DNA of 47,800 nucleotides from an uncultured bacterium (GCA_964526065.1 CAZGID010000001.1:1-47800), one strand, 5' to 3'. Counted from the stretch's first letter, positions 10,901 to 20,229 are shown. A program made the numbers and translations. Notes: generated by a model not told the origin, from the letters alone.

Positions 10901-11169
10901 ACCCCGGCTTTACGGAAATATTTGGAAACAATGATATCGGTTGCCAGCTGACTCCAGTCTTTGGGGACTTCCACATCTTCCATGCGAAAAACCACCGAGC
11001 CATCCGGATTGGTAATAGCCGAAGTGCGGCGCGTATATTCAACAGCATCCAGCGGATCCTGCCCTTCCTGCGTAAAATAACGCTCAAAGGTCAATCCATT
11101 CTTAAGTTCAAACTCCTCTTCCCGGGACACTGTCTTATTGCCTGATTTTTTGGTGGTTTTAACGCCCAT
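7915..11169 (-). CDS. nrdJ: Class II (adenosylcobalamin-dependent) ribonucleotide reductase
   Basis: 1084 aa. Active-site stretch [23 protein letters not shown] and the Cys-rich C-terminal tail [27 protein letters not shown] typical of NrdJ. AGGAG SD 8 nt upstream. Confidence 0.93.
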   Translation of the reverse strand: MGVKTTKKSGNKTVSREEEFELKNGLTFERYFTQEGQDPLDAVEYTRRTSAITNPDGSVVFRMEDVEVPKDWSQLATDIIVSKYFRKAGVPETGHEVSARQVVYRIAHTIREAGEKLGNYFKSPRDAQIFEDELLHLLITQKTAFNSPVWFNCGLHLYGIKGSGGSWFWDSETDTIKQTEDAYTHPQCSACFIQSVGDDLMAIFELVQNEARLFKYGSGTGSNFSPIRGRQEKLSGGGTSSGLMSFLEVFDRGAGATKSGGTTRRAAKMVCLDLDHPEIVDFINWKAREEKKAKILIDAGYPSDFNGEAYRTVSGQNSNNSVRISDDFMKAYENDGEWQTRFRTTGEVCETFKARDLMDQIAQAAWSCADPGVQFDSTINRWHTSKASGKINASNPCSEYMYLDDSACNLASINLMKYVDAEGRFDIEAYRHTIRVFITAMEIVVDLASYPTRQIAKNSHDYRPLGLGYANLGTMLMVEGIPYDSSRATAVAGALTAIMTGHAYKVSSEIAASKGPFPGYPKNRESMLEVIGMHRDAAYEISAEDCPADLLEAAREDWEEALRLGKKFGYRNGQASVIAPTGTIGLLMDCDTTGIEPDFALVKFKKLAGGGYFKIINQSVPLALRRLGYADAEIQDIVDYIRGTSRLEGTPWINRETLKEKGFAEEDLARIEAMLPSVFDLSFAFTRWTLGEETLKRLGIKPEAFNKPDFNLLSALGFSRAEIDEANNVICGMMTIEGAPHLKSEHLPIFDCANKCGKYGERFLHPMSHIRMMAAAQKFISGAISKTVNLPNEITVEEIKDIYVQGWQMGLKAVALYRDGCKHSQPLNTRSDNKDDKDEKAEKNPQIPAAAAAALQELTRRRRLPKKRDGITVEARVGGQKVYLRTGEYEDGKLGEIFVDIHKEGAAFRSIMNCFAIAVSLGLQHGVPLEEFVSVFTFTRFEPQGSVDHPNVKFATSIVDFLFRVLGMEYLGRTDFVQVPPDPATLQLNTQKVHQLPESSPAPAAPGNGHAKEIDGAAQAAARNGGSRLVAAQSEAGHAKADALDEHLSGMMGDAPFCNVCGHVTVRNGSCYRCLNCGNSMGCS

Positions 11170-11230
11170 ACCGGCTTCTCCTCTCGGTTTTACGGGCCTT
11201 CAGCCGTACCAGCCCGTAAATGCTTATTTT

Positions 11231-11277
11231 ACCATATCTTGAGATTTTTTGACGCCAAAATACCATATCTAGTGTGT
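11231..11277 (-). promoter_or_regulatory. Tandem NrdR-box-like operators upstream of nrdJ
   Basis: ACCATATCTTGAGATT (11231-11246) and ACCATATCTAGTGTGT (11262-11277) are centred 31 bp apart. The distal box matches about 12/16 of the acaCwAtATaTwGtgt consensus on the minus strand. A TAAAAT -10-like hexamer (11231-11226, minus) abuts the proximal box. No nrdR gene is in the window. Confidence 0.55.
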
Positions 11278-11462
11278 TTAGATGATAAATCGGCCTTGCT
11301 GAAATATGACTTTAACCATTTTTTCGTTGGAATTTCGAGCGAGCTTTGTGATTTGGGACCTTGGGGCCGCCATCCCGGCTCTCGCTGCCTCCCTTGAACC
11401 GGTACCGGAAGGTACCGGTGATTTCCAGCGATGGATTTGTTCAGTCGACCGTCTTTAGAGAC

Positions 11463-11500
11463 AAAAAAGGTTCCACCCTTACAGGTGAAACCTTTTTATT
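11463..11500. terminator. Bidirectional rho-independent terminator-like hairpin
   Basis: AAAAAA-GGTTCCACC-cttaca-GGTGAAACC-TTTTTATTT: a 9-bp stem with one mismatch, flanked by an A-run and a T-run, so it reads as a terminator on either strand. It is the only such structure between mnmE (stop at 11755) and nrdJ. Confidence 0.55.
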
Positions 11501-11754
11501 TACTTCTGACTGAAAAATCCGGTAACAAAATCGGCTTAAGCGGGATACGGCACTTCTTAACTGAACGGGAAACAGAATTAATCATTCGGGGTAATCCAGA
11601 AGCTCTTTAACCTTATTTTTATATCGGCTGTTTCTCGACAAGAATTCGTTTCCAACTTAAGCGTCGGGTATTTTACTAAACATTGAACCGCTGTCAAACT
11701 CAAAAATGAAAAAGATGAAAAATAAATTTAAATTTTTTGTTGCAAAAACTTTTT

Positions 11755-13137
11755 TTATTTCCCGATACAAAATTCGGAAAAAATTACATCCAGCAAATCT
11801 TCCGAATACACCTCTCCGATCAATTCTTTCAGTGCTTCCAGCGCCGCACGCACTTCAAAAGCAATCAATTCCAGTGACGCTTTTTCACCAAAAGCTTGTT
11901 GTCCCCGCCGCAGGGAAGCAACGGCCGTTTGTAACGCATGACGATGACGAAGCCGTGTGATCTGTTCCCCTTCCGCTGCAGAATCTCCGTCAAAAATATT
12001 CCGCACGATTTCTTTTTCGAGAAGAGAAATGCCTTCGCGTGAAAAAACAGAAATAGAAATAAACTTTTCATCGACGCCGGACATCTGACGCAATGCTTCC
12101 GTGCTTGTTTTAACCGGAAGATCCGATTTAGTCATCACCGTGATCATTTTTTTCTTTGCCGTCTGAATCGCTTCAAACGTTTTCCGGTCTTCATCATCCA
12201 GCGGCGCAGAACCGTCGATCAAAAACAGGCAAAGATCCGCCTCATCCAGTGCCTGGCGCGTCCGCTCGACCCCCATCTGGTCCAGGGGATTGGAAAAGCG
12301 GCCGGAGAAACCCGCCGTATCGGTTAAACGGATCAGGATACCGTCGATTTCAATCCCTTCTTCCAAATGATCCCGCGTCGTTCCCGGATACGGGGATACC
12401 AGCGCACGGTCCCGCTCGAGCAGGGCATTGAACAAAGAGGATTTACCCACGTTGGGTTTCCCGGCAATGATCACTTTCGCGCCTTCACGCAAAAGCCGTG
12501 TGCGGGAGAAACCCGCCAGCAGCGTTTCCATCTCAGAAAGCACGCCGGATAAAAGCTGCGACAACCCGGCGTCCGTATACACCTCAAGATCTTCTTCCGG
12601 AAAATCCAGATAGGCTTCGAGGTGCGCGTAAAATCGCATCAACCGGTTTTTCATATCACCGATTCGCTGTGAAAGTGCGCCCTTTAACTGACGAACGGCC
12701 ATTTCCTGAGAGCGCCGGCTGCGGCTTTGAATCAAATCCAGCACCGCTTCGGCCTGCATCAAATCCATTTTACCGTTCAGAAAAGCACGCTTGGTAAATT
12801 CACCCGGCTCCGCCGGGCGCGCTCCGGCTTCAAATAAAAGAGAGAGGATTCGCTGAAGGACCCCCTGCCCGCCATGCCCGCTGATTTCGATTGTATCTTC
12901 ACCGGTAAAAGAATGGGGCGCACGAAAGACGGCGGCCAGGATGTCGTCCACCAGTTGTCCGTTCTCCTGCACCGTTCCATAATGAATCGTGTGCGACGCA
13001 AACTCCGATAAAAGGCCTTTGGAAAACCGCAGGACCTTCGCGGCCACCGCAAACGCTTCCGATCCACTGACCCGGATCACCCCCAGACCGCCTTCTCCCG
13101 GCGGTGTCGCAATCGCCGCAATGGTTTCTTCCATCAT
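11755..13137 (-). CDS. mnmE: tRNA uridine-5-carboxymethylaminomethyl modification GTPase
   Basis: 460 aa. G-domain motifs GKPNVGKSS, DTAG, TKSD and the diagnostic C-terminal FCIGK. ATGA overlap with folC. Confidence 0.93.
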   Translation of the reverse strand: MMEETIAAIATPPGEGGLGVIRVSGSEAFAVAAKVLRFSKGLLSEFASHTIHYGTVQENGQLVDDILAAVFRAPHSFTGEDTIEISGHGGQGVLQRILSLLFEAGARPAEPGEFTKRAFLNGKMDLMQAEAVLDLIQSRSRRSQEMAVRQLKGALSQRIGDMKNRLMRFYAHLEAYLDFPEEDLEVYTDAGLSQLLSGVLSEMETLLAGFSRTRLLREGAKVIIAGKPNVGKSSLFNALLERDRALVSPYPGTTRDHLEEGIEIDGILIRLTDTAGFSGRFSNPLDQMGVERTRQALDEADLCLFLIDGSAPLDDEDRKTFEAIQTAKKKMITVMTKSDLPVKTSTEALRQMSGVDEKFISISVFSREGISLLEKEIVRNIFDGDSAAEGEQITRLRHRHALQTAVASLRRGQQAFGEKASLELIAFEVRAALEALKELIGEVYSEDLLDVIFSEFCIGK

Positions 13138-14432
13138 GAACGCCTTTCTTGAATGAGCCGGTGCGACCGGCGCAAGCAGGTACGGATTTCGCCAACCAGA
13201 TAAAAGGACCCGGCGGCCACCACACGGCCTTTTGGCCCGGTCCGTAACCCGGCCAGGCGAAAGGCAGACTCGCTGTCCGCAGCGGGCAGGACACGCTGAA
13301 AATAAGGTGCTGCGGCCTGCATTAAAGAGCGGACATCAAAGCTGCGGGGATTTCGGAATTCCGTCACAATGACCTCTTTAAAATAGGTACCCAGTTCCTG
13401 GAGCATGGCGGCTGCCTTTTTATCCCGGGAGGTTCCAAAAATCAAGACAGGATGTTTTGCTTTTCCGCCGCCGCCTCTTTTAAGAAAGCGGACAAGCGCT
13501 ATCACCGAAGCCGGATTATGAGCCACGTCCAGAAGAACGGAAGGCTTCCCCTCCCAGGATTCCAAACGGCCCGGCCAAGCGGAAGCGGATGCAAGAGCCG
13601 TCGAGAACCGGCCGGCCTTCAGGGGCCAGCCAAAATACTCGCGAAGTTCACCGGCGGCCTTGACCGCCAGGGCGGCATTCCATTTCTGATGCTCCCCGGC
13701 AAGACCCGGCTGCCGGGCCACCGGCCGGCGAATCCAGATCAGCCGGGCTTTCTCCTGCCGGCACCGGGCCAGGATCGATCCGCGGGCCTCCGGATGCTGC
13801 TTCGCGCTGATCACGATGGCTCCGGAGTGGATCACGGCGGCCTTCTCTGCGGCGATTTTCTTCAGGGTCCGCCCCAGAAAGGCTTCATGGTCATAATGAA
13901 TCGGCGTCAACAGCACCAGCGGCGCTCCGAGCGCATTGGTGGCATCCAGGCGTCCCCCCATGCCCACTTCAAAGATGGCGGCCCGCACCCCCGCCAGCGC
14001 AAAAACCTGGACCGCCAGAAAGGTCATGACCTCAAAGTAGGTCAGGGTTCCCAAGCCTTTTGGAATGGGATGCCGCTGCAGCCTACGGCGCACTTCCTGC
14101 ATCGCCTGACTCCAGAGACGCCGTGAAACCGGCTTTCCGTTCAGGCGGATACGTTCCCGGGGATCTTCCAGATGAGGCGAGCAGTAAAAACCCGTGGAGA
14201 TGCCGTGATTCCGAAGAATGGATTCCAAAAAGAATCCGGTGGAACCTTTTCCTTTTGTCCCCGCAATAATAATCGAATTCAGCCGCCGCTCGGGATGACC
14301 GGCCGCCGCGAGAAGCCATTTTGTGCGGTCCAGATTCCACGTGCGGTTCCGGGGGCCCAACCCCGTACGCTCAAGATTGAGAAACGAATTCAGGTACGCA
14401 AGGGATTCGGAAAATTTCATGGGGAATACCAC
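13134..14432 (-). CDS. folC: Dihydrofolate synthase / folylpolyglutamate synthase
   Basis: 432 aa. Mur-ligase P-loop IIAGTKGKGST. Overall FolC-like layout. Folate gene context. Confidence 0.88.
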   Translation of the reverse strand: MVFPMKFSESLAYLNSFLNLERTGLGPRNRTWNLDRTKWLLAAAGHPERRLNSIIIAGTKGKGSTGFFLESILRNHGISTGFYCSPHLEDPRERIRLNGKPVSRRLWSQAMQEVRRRLQRHPIPKGLGTLTYFEVMTFLAVQVFALAGVRAAIFEVGMGGRLDATNALGAPLVLLTPIHYDHEAFLGRTLKKIAAEKAAVIHSGAIVISAKQHPEARGSILARCRQEKARLIWIRRPVARQPGLAGEHQKWNAALAVKAAGELREYFGWPLKAGRFSTALASASAWPGRLESWEGKPSVLLDVAHNPASVIALVRFLKRGGGGKAKHPVLIFGTSRDKKAAAMLQELGTYFKEVIVTEFRNPRSFDVRSLMQAAAPYFQRVLPAADSESAFRLAGLRTGPKGRVVAAGSFYLVGEIRTCLRRSHRLIQERRS

Positions 14433-14458
14433 GCCGCCCGAAAACGGGCGGATTTACC

Positions 14459-16042
14459 TTAATGCCGGAAATGGCGCTCGCCCGTGAACACCATGGCGAT
14501 GCCGTAGAGATTGCAGGCCTCGATCACATCGGCGTCGCGGATGGACCCGCCCGGCTGAATAATGGCCCGGATTTTATGGTCACGGGCCTCTTCAATAGAA
14601 TCCGGCATCGGGAAGAAAGCGTCACTGGCCAGATAACCGCCTTCCGTGCGGAAACCTGCTTTTTGACACGCCAGATACACAGCATCCACCCGGGACATCT
14701 GTCCCGCACCGATGCCAACTGTCTGCCGGCCCTGCGTAATGACAATCGCATTTGATTTCACCACTTTAACGCATTTCCAGGCAAAAAGAAGATCTTCGAG
14801 CTCTTGGGCAGACGGTTTGACTTTGGTCACTACCTTCAGATTCTTACGCAGCTGGGTTAGATGAGAACGGATGGGTTTGTCCCGGTCCTGAAGCAAAATC
14901 CCGCTTTTGAAAAAGCGCATGTCATAAGGACCGCCTTCGCCCAGCTCCCCGGTCGCAATGACGCGCAAATTCTTGCGCGCCTGAAGCAATTTAAGTGCCG
15001 GGCGATCAAACGAAGGAGCCACAATCACTTCGAAAAAGCGCAATAGCTCCAGCGCTTTCTCCGCCGTATGCTTGTTGCAAGGCCGGTTCAATCCGATAAT
15101 GCCGCCAAACGCCGACATGGCATCGCATTCCACCGCACGCTCTACAGCATCCGCCAGGTTCTCGCCCTCCGCCATGCCGCAGGGATTGTTATGCTTCACT
15201 ACACAGGCCGCGGGCGCCTCAAATTCGCGCAGAATGTCGACCGTCGCTTCAATATCGAGCAGATTATTGAAGGACAACTCTTTGCCATGCAGCTGATTGA
15301 ATTCGAAACGCGGTCCGCGTTCCACTGCCGTGTAAAGCGCCGCCCGCTGATGCGGATTTTCGCCGTAGCGCAATTCCTGCTTTTTCTGATAGGTCACATC
15401 CAGCCGCTCCGGTAACGGCGCCGGTTCACCGGATTTTGCCGACGGCCGGCGCGAAAGGAAACTGAAAATCGCCTTATCATAGGAAGAAGTCCGTTCGAAA
15501 ACCTTGCACGCCAGCTCCCGCCGCAGCTCGGCCGGCACCTGCCCCTTGTTTTGTTTCATTGCCTCCATCACACGCGAGTAATCTGAAGGATCACAGATCA
15601 CGGTCACGGATTCCGAGTTTTTCGCTGCCGAACGCAGCATAGAAGGACCGCCGATATCAATGTTCTCGATCGCCGTTTCAAGCCCCACGTTCGGGCGGGC
15701 CGTCACTTCTTCAAACGGATACAGATTTACCACCACAAAATCAATGGATTCAATACCATGCTGGGCGGCTTCTCGCACATGCGACGCCTTCTCGCGGCGG
15801 AAAAGCAAACCGCCGTGAATTTTCGGGTGCAGGGTCTTGACCCGCCCTTCCAGAATTTCGGGAAAACCCGTGAACTCTTCGACCGGGCGCGCCTGAATGC
15901 CGGCATCCCGGAGGGCTTTAAGCGTGCCTCCGGTTGAAAGAATTTCCACCTGATGTTTTGCGAGCGCCCGCGCAAAAGGAATAAGACCTGTTTTATCCGA
16001 GAGACTGATTAATGCGCGCCGGGTTTTTTTTGCTTTTGGCAT
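14459..16042 (-). CDS. purH: Bifunctional AICAR formyltransferase / IMP cyclohydrolase
   Basis: 527 aa. MGS-like N-terminus RALISLSDKTGL...STGGT and the characteristic C-terminus MVFTGERHFRH. Confidence 0.95.
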   Translation of the reverse strand: MPKAKKTRRALISLSDKTGLIPFARALAKHQVEILSTGGTLKALRDAGIQARPVEEFTGFPEILEGRVKTLHPKIHGGLLFRREKASHVREAAQHGIESIDFVVVNLYPFEEVTARPNVGLETAIENIDIGGPSMLRSAAKNSESVTVICDPSDYSRVMEAMKQNKGQVPAELRRELACKVFERTSSYDKAIFSFLSRRPSAKSGEPAPLPERLDVTYQKKQELRYGENPHQRAALYTAVERGPRFEFNQLHGKELSFNNLLDIEATVDILREFEAPAACVVKHNNPCGMAEGENLADAVERAVECDAMSAFGGIIGLNRPCNKHTAEKALELLRFFEVIVAPSFDRPALKLLQARKNLRVIATGELGEGGPYDMRFFKSGILLQDRDKPIRSHLTQLRKNLKVVTKVKPSAQELEDLLFAWKCVKVVKSNAIVITQGRQTVGIGAGQMSRVDAVYLACQKAGFRTEGGYLASDAFFPMPDSIEEARDHKIRAIIQPGGSIRDADVIEACNLYGIAMVFTGERHFRH

Positions 16043-16854
16043 TGGATTTTCACTTTCCTTCTGAATTCGCGGTGCAGGGCCTGGGTGAGTTTTCCGGGAT
16101 GGCCCGCGGCAATGCGGCGGCCGTCGAGTTCACGCACCGGAAGAATTTCCCATGATGTGTTTGTCAAAAAAACTTCCCGCGCATTGAAGAGTTCATGCCG
16201 CGAAAAAAAAGTTTCACGCACGGGGATTTTCAGCTGAGAGGCGCATTCTATCACAAAGCGCCGGGTGACGCCATTCAAGATGCTCCCCGACGGCGGCGTC
16301 CAGAGCTCGGTTTTTTTTCCGTTTTTTGAAATCAGAAAAATATTTCCGATCCGCGTTTCAGCCACATATTTGCGGGCATCCAGCGATAACCATTCATACG
16401 TCGCTGCGCTATCCGGAACGCCCAGTCCGGCCATCACCGAGGCAAGATAATCGCCTGTTTTGGCCGATGACGGCCCGGCCTTGGGCTGCGGCCGGATTTC
16501 GGATGCCGTGCGGATCGCCACGCCTTCGCGCCACAATTGCAGCCGGCGGGCCCGTATTCCGGCCAACACGAAACCATGTTCACCGCAAAAGGTAATGCGA
16601 AGGACGGCATCCGTCAGACGCGAGGCACGAAGTGCAAGCCGCAGCTCCTGCCGGATTTTCGCCCGGCTCCAGGGGATTTTGCTTCCGGTGCTGCGAGCCG
16701 ATGCCTCCAGCCGCTCCAGATGCTCTTCCTCACAGAAGATATGCCCGTCATAAACCCGCAGCGTCTCAAAAAGTCCCGGCGAATCCAGCACCAGCCATTG
16801 AAGCAGCTGTGTCTCGTGAACGGCTTGACCGCGGCAATAGGCCTGAAAAATCAT
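16009..16854 (-). CDS. pabC: Class IV aminotransferase-fold protein, probable aminodeoxychorismate lyase
   Basis: 281 aa of the BCAT/ADC-lyase fold family. ATGA-coupled to the upstream chorismate-utilising enzyme. Its 3' end overlaps purH by 34 nt. Confidence 0.65.
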   Translation of the reverse strand: MIFQAYCRGQAVHETQLLQWLVLDSPGLFETLRVYDGHIFCEEEHLERLEASARSTGSKIPWSRAKIRQELRLALRASRLTDAVLRITFCGEHGFVLAGIRARRLQLWREGVAIRTASEIRPQPKAGPSSAKTGDYLASVMAGLGVPDSAATYEWLSLDARKYVAETRIGNIFLISKNGKKTELWTPPSGSILNGVTRRFVIECASQLKIPVRETFFSRHELFNAREVFLTNTSWEILPVRELDGRRIAAGHPGKLTQALHREFRRKVKIQCQKQKKPGAH

Positions 16855-18245
16855 GGATCCGAGACGAGGGCTTCTGCCAACGCCTCCCCTTTATGCAGCG
16901 TTTCATCATATTCGCGCTCGGGGTCTGAATCTGCCACAATGCCCGCGCCGACCTGAAAATAGCCGTGCCCGCGGCGGTGGAGCGCCAGCGTGCGGATGAC
17001 AATGTTCAAATCCGCGTTCCCGTGGAAATCCACATAACCGAGTGATCCCGTGTAAATGCCGCGCCGCAGCGGTTCCAGCTCATCAATAATTTCCATGCAC
17101 CGGATTTTGGGACAGCCGGTGATCGTTCCGCCGGGAAACATCGCCTGAAGCACGTCCCAGTTGTCCTTGCCGGTCTGCAAACGCCCCCGGATTTTGGAAA
17201 CCAGATGCATCACATGCGAATATTTTTCGACTTTCATCATCTCGCTCACTTTAACCGTCGGCCAGTCGCAAACGCGTCCCAGATCATTGCGTTCAAGGTC
17301 CACCAGCATGATATGCTCGGCCCGTTCTTTCGCATTCAGTGCGAGTTCACGCACCAGGGCGCCGTCACGGCGCCGCTTTCCCCGGGGGCGCGTTCCGGCA
17401 ATAGGTTCCGTTTCACACCAGCGGCCTTTCTTTTGAAACAAACGCTCGGGCGACGCGCTGACGATATGCCAGTCCTCCTGCCTTAAATAAGAAGCAAAGG
17501 GCGACGGATTAATACGCCGAAGCCTTTCATAAAGATGAAGCGGGTCGCCGCCATATCGGAATGAAAAGCGCTGCGAGAGGTTCGCCTGGTAAATATCTCC
17601 GGCGCGGATGTATTCCTTTGCCCGCCGCACCCGGGTCAAAAAGGCCGTCCGCGAAAGCTCCGGTTCAAACTGTTTTAGATGAAAGGGTTTCTCAAAGCGG
17701 AATGGACCGGAGGACTGCAGGCGAGTACGCAGCCGCTCATAGGCCGTATCCAGATCGCTTTTATTGCCATGCACCACGAGACGAAACGTTTTTGTCTTAT
17801 GATCATAAACCACAATTTCGCGGTAAAAACCAAGGAAGGCAAGCGGCATATCCGGTCCCGGCTTGCGGCGAAAATGGATACGGTCCAGAAAGGCCGCGAA
17901 TTCATAACTCCAGAATCCGACAGCGCCCCCCGTAAAATAAGGCGCGCTTTTTCCGACGAGCTGGTATTGCTTGAAAATCTGCCGCAGGGTCGACGCCCAC
18001 CGGGATGACGGCACGCGCCCATTCCGCACTCCCCGCATTTCCAGAACCGAGGCATTCAACCGGATCTCAAGAAAGGGATCAAAACCAAGATAGGAATAAC
18101 GCTGTTTCGGGGGGTGGAAGGAATGACTGTCGAGAAAAAAACAAATCCTGGAACCGGGCGCCAAAGCGCGAAAAACTTCCCAGGGAGTCTTTTTTAGCTT
18201 AAAACACCGGGAATAACGCTTCCAGCGCTGCGCCGGCATAGACAC
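16851..18245 (-). CDS. pabB: Chorismate-binding enzyme, probable aminodeoxychorismate synthase component I
   Basis: 464 aa. Motifs PIAGTRPRG, GGTITGCPKIR, IYTGSLGY. Assignment to PabB rather than TrpE rests on the coupled pabC-like gene and on folC nearby. Confidence 0.65.
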   Translation of the reverse strand: MSMPAQRWKRYSRCFKLKKTPWEVFRALAPGSRICFFLDSHSFHPPKQRYSYLGFDPFLEIRLNASVLEMRGVRNGRVPSSRWASTLRQIFKQYQLVGKSAPYFTGGAVGFWSYEFAAFLDRIHFRRKPGPDMPLAFLGFYREIVVYDHKTKTFRLVVHGNKSDLDTAYERLRTRLQSSGPFRFEKPFHLKQFEPELSRTAFLTRVRRAKEYIRAGDIYQANLSQRFSFRYGGDPLHLYERLRRINPSPFASYLRQEDWHIVSASPERLFQKKGRWCETEPIAGTRPRGKRRRDGALVRELALNAKERAEHIMLVDLERNDLGRVCDWPTVKVSEMMKVEKYSHVMHLVSKIRGRLQTGKDNWDVLQAMFPGGTITGCPKIRCMEIIDELEPLRRGIYTGSLGYVDFHGNADLNIVIRTLALHRRGHGYFQVGAGIVADSDPEREYDETLHKGEALAEALVSDP

Positions 18246-18259
18246 CGACCCGGACGCGT

Positions 18260-19198
18260 TTATTCCGCGTCCTTGAGGTAGGTCAGAAAATCACTGTCGG
18301 TGGAAATCACAAGCCGGCTGCCTGCCAACAGCCGCGGATAACGTTCCACCGTGTTGAGGAAAGCAAAAAAAGCGGGGTCTTTGGAATAAGCCTCGCCGTA
18401 GATACGCGTCGCCTCGGCATCCGCTTCGCCACGAAGCGTCTGAACCTTACGGTATGCTTCCGATTGAATCCGGTCCAGTTCTTTATCCTTTTGACCCAGA
18501 ATTTCGGCACGCAATCCCTGACCCTCGGAACGCAAAAATTCTGCGGCGCGCTTTCTTTCAGAAATCATCCGCTCAAAAACCTTCTTTTGAACCGACTGGA
18601 TATAATTGACGCGCTTGATCCGCAAATCGATCATTTCGATGCCATATTCAGAGAGAATTTTCCGCGCGGACTCCAGAATCATATGAGTGATCTGATCCCG
18701 GCCAACCTCAATCCGCTCATAATTACTTTCACCGGTGATATCTTCCTCATCGGTGGGCTTGGCTTCCAGAATCTGGTTGGTCGTGCGCACCATGTCGACC
18801 AATCGGTGCCGGGTAATATAGTTGCGTGTAATACCATCCATAATGTCATCCAGACGACTTTGCGCGTTCGTTTCCGTGTGCATCGTTTGCAGAAATTTCA
18901 GGGGATCATTGATCCGCCAGCGCCCGGTCACATCGACCCAGATAAATTTCTTATCGCGCGTGGGCACTTCCGAAGGATAACCGTCCCATTCCAGAATCCG
19001 GTTGTCAAAAACGTGCGTTTCCTGAATGAATGGCACTTTCCAGTGAAGCCCGGGATTATGAATGGGTTCGCCGACCGGATCGCCAAACTGGGTGATGACG
19101 ACCTGCTCGGTTTCATCCACAATAAAGGCGCTATTGAGAATTAAAATGCCGGCAATTGAAATAATGATGAGGGAAAGAGCGAGAATCGGCTGTCTCAT
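18260..19198 (-). CDS. hflC: SPFH/band-7 protease modulator HflC
   Basis: 312 aa. N-terminal TM helix and an SPFH domain (FIVDETEQVVITQFG...PGLHWKVPFI). ATGA overlap with hflK. Confidence 0.88.
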   Translation of the reverse strand: MRQPILALSLIIISIAGILILNSAFIVDETEQVVITQFGDPVGEPIHNPGLHWKVPFIQETHVFDNRILEWDGYPSEVPTRDKKFIWVDVTGRWRINDPLKFLQTMHTETNAQSRLDDIMDGITRNYITRHRLVDMVRTTNQILEAKPTDEEDITGESNYERIEVGRDQITHMILESARKILSEYGIEMIDLRIKRVNYIQSVQKKVFERMISERKRAAEFLRSEGQGLRAEILGQKDKELDRIQSEAYRKVQTLRGEADAEATRIYGEAYSKDPAFFAFLNTVERYPRLLAGSRLVISTDSDFLTYLKDAE

Positions 19199-20229
19199 GC
19201 TTCCTGCGCTCCTTTTTCGGCATTTAATTGCAGCAAGGGCAAAATGCCTTTCTGGCTTTCATCAATAATCAACTTGTCCTGAAGCTGCGGCAACGTGGCA
19301 TCCAGAGCTTCCAGATAAAGCCGCTTTTTTGTTACTTCTGGCGCCTGACGATAGGCTTCCCAGGAAAGCAGGAAACGATCGGCATCCCCCTGCGCCTGAT
19401 TCACACGCCGCAGCGCATAACCTTCCGCTTCGCGGATCTGCTGCTCGGCCTGACCCAGTGCGCGCGGAATAATGCGGTTGTATTCTTCCCAGGCCTGATT
19501 GACGAGCTTCTCTTTTTCCTGGCGGGCTTCATTGACTTCATTAAAAGAAGGCTTCACTTCATCCGGCGGGTTCACATCCTGAAGAATCACATTCCGGATT
19601 TCGATGCCCGAGTTGTAACCATCCAGCACCTGCTGAAGCATGGCCTCGGCTTCCAGCTGAATTTCTTCGCGGCCGGCTGTCAATATCTGGTTGATATTGT
19701 GGTCGCCCACGACCAGGCGCATAATCGCTTCCGACATATTGCGCAGTGTTTCGCGCGGATTGCGGATCTGGAAGGCAAACTTCACCGGATCTTTAACCCG
19801 ATACTGCACAATCCACTCGACTACCGCGGTGTTCAAATCACCGGTCAGCATCTGGGATTCGACCAGCAAGGGGTCGTTGTTGGCGGGCTGACGCAAACGG
19901 GAAACGCGGGCGGTTTCATCGTCCCGTCCCTGAAAAATGGAACGCACGCCGGCCGCCACCGTACGAAAACCAAATTCTTCCTTATAAACGTAGGTCGTTT
20001 TGATCTTGCGCACCGTTTCAATTCCAAAAGGAAGTTTCATTTGAAGCCCGGGACCCGTCGTGCGCACATAAGCGCCAAAGCGCTGAACCAGCCCGACTTC
20101 GTCCGGTCCCACCTGGTAAAAAAGAGAGCCGACTGCCGTCAATCCGAGAACTAAAATGACGAGCGGAATCATCCACGGGCCGAAACGAAGCGGCGGAATC
20201 CGCGAATCCTGGGGGAAATTAACTTCCAT
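19195..20229 (-). CDS. hflK: SPFH/band-7 protease modulator HflK
   Basis: 344 aa. TM helix and SPFH domain (VGPDEVGLVQRFG...PGLQMKLPFGIE). Coiled-coil C-terminus. Precedes hflC as in the canonical hflKC pair. Confidence 0.88.
   Translation of the reverse strand: MEVNFPQDSRIPPLRFGPWMIPLVILVLGLTAVGSLFYQVGPDEVGLVQRFGAYVRTTGPGLQMKLPFGIETVRKIKTTYVYKEEFGFRTVAAGVRSIFQGRDDETARVSRLRQPANNDPLLVESQMLTGDLNTAVVEWIVQYRVKDPVKFAFQIRNPRETLRNMSEAIMRLVVGDHNINQILTAGREEIQLEAEAMLQQVLDGYNSGIEIRNVILQDVNPPDEVKPSFNEVNEARQEKEKLVNQAWEEYNRIIPRALGQAEQQIREAEGYALRRVNQAQGDADRFLLSWEAYRQAPEVTKKRLYLEALDATLPQLQDKLIIDESQKGILPLLQLNAEKGAQEA

Noticed and set aside
7897-11145. Long antisense ORFs inside nrdJ (7897-9033, 9568-10263, 10342-11145). 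Analogous ones lie opposite the HEAT gene (4029-4634), hflK (19228-20154), the ATP-grasp gene (27539-28312), sucD/sucC (28545-29549), and the giant ORF (40067-40924, 42023-42772).
   Set aside because: Those I checked (all but 27539-28312) sit in the codon-opposed register of a well-supported sense gene: their start coordinates share the same residue mod 3 as the sense gene. They have Arg/Gly/Pro-rich, motif-free translations. The explanation is the same as for the acnA shadow ORF. The shorter antisense ORFs opposite the giant gene only suggest that it uses TTA/CTA/TCA somewhat more often. That is an impression I did not quantify.
11306-11458. A 50-codon plus-strand small ORF ending 10 nt before the terminator-like hairpin.
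   Set aside because: It is not annotated as a gene because it has no Shine-Dalgarno and an unremarkable composition, and it spans a perfect palindrome that is more likely an RNA or DNA structural element. It is mentioned in the intergenic-region finding as something to test.
11170-11460. Cobalamin riboswitch in the nrdJ leader (because NrdJ is B12-dependent).
   Set aside because: I could not find a B12-box-like GCCACTG core or the expected conserved junction sequences on either strand. Biologically, B12 riboswitches usually control B12-independent isozymes or transport rather than nrdJ. The NrdR-type boxes explain the regulation better. An Infernal scan would settle it.
11706-11960. An 84-aa plus-strand ORF starting in the AT-rich spacer.
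   Set aside because: Most of it is antisense to the highly conserved C-terminus of mnmE (FCIGK end). It has a Lys/Phe-rich low-complexity start derived from an A/T run.
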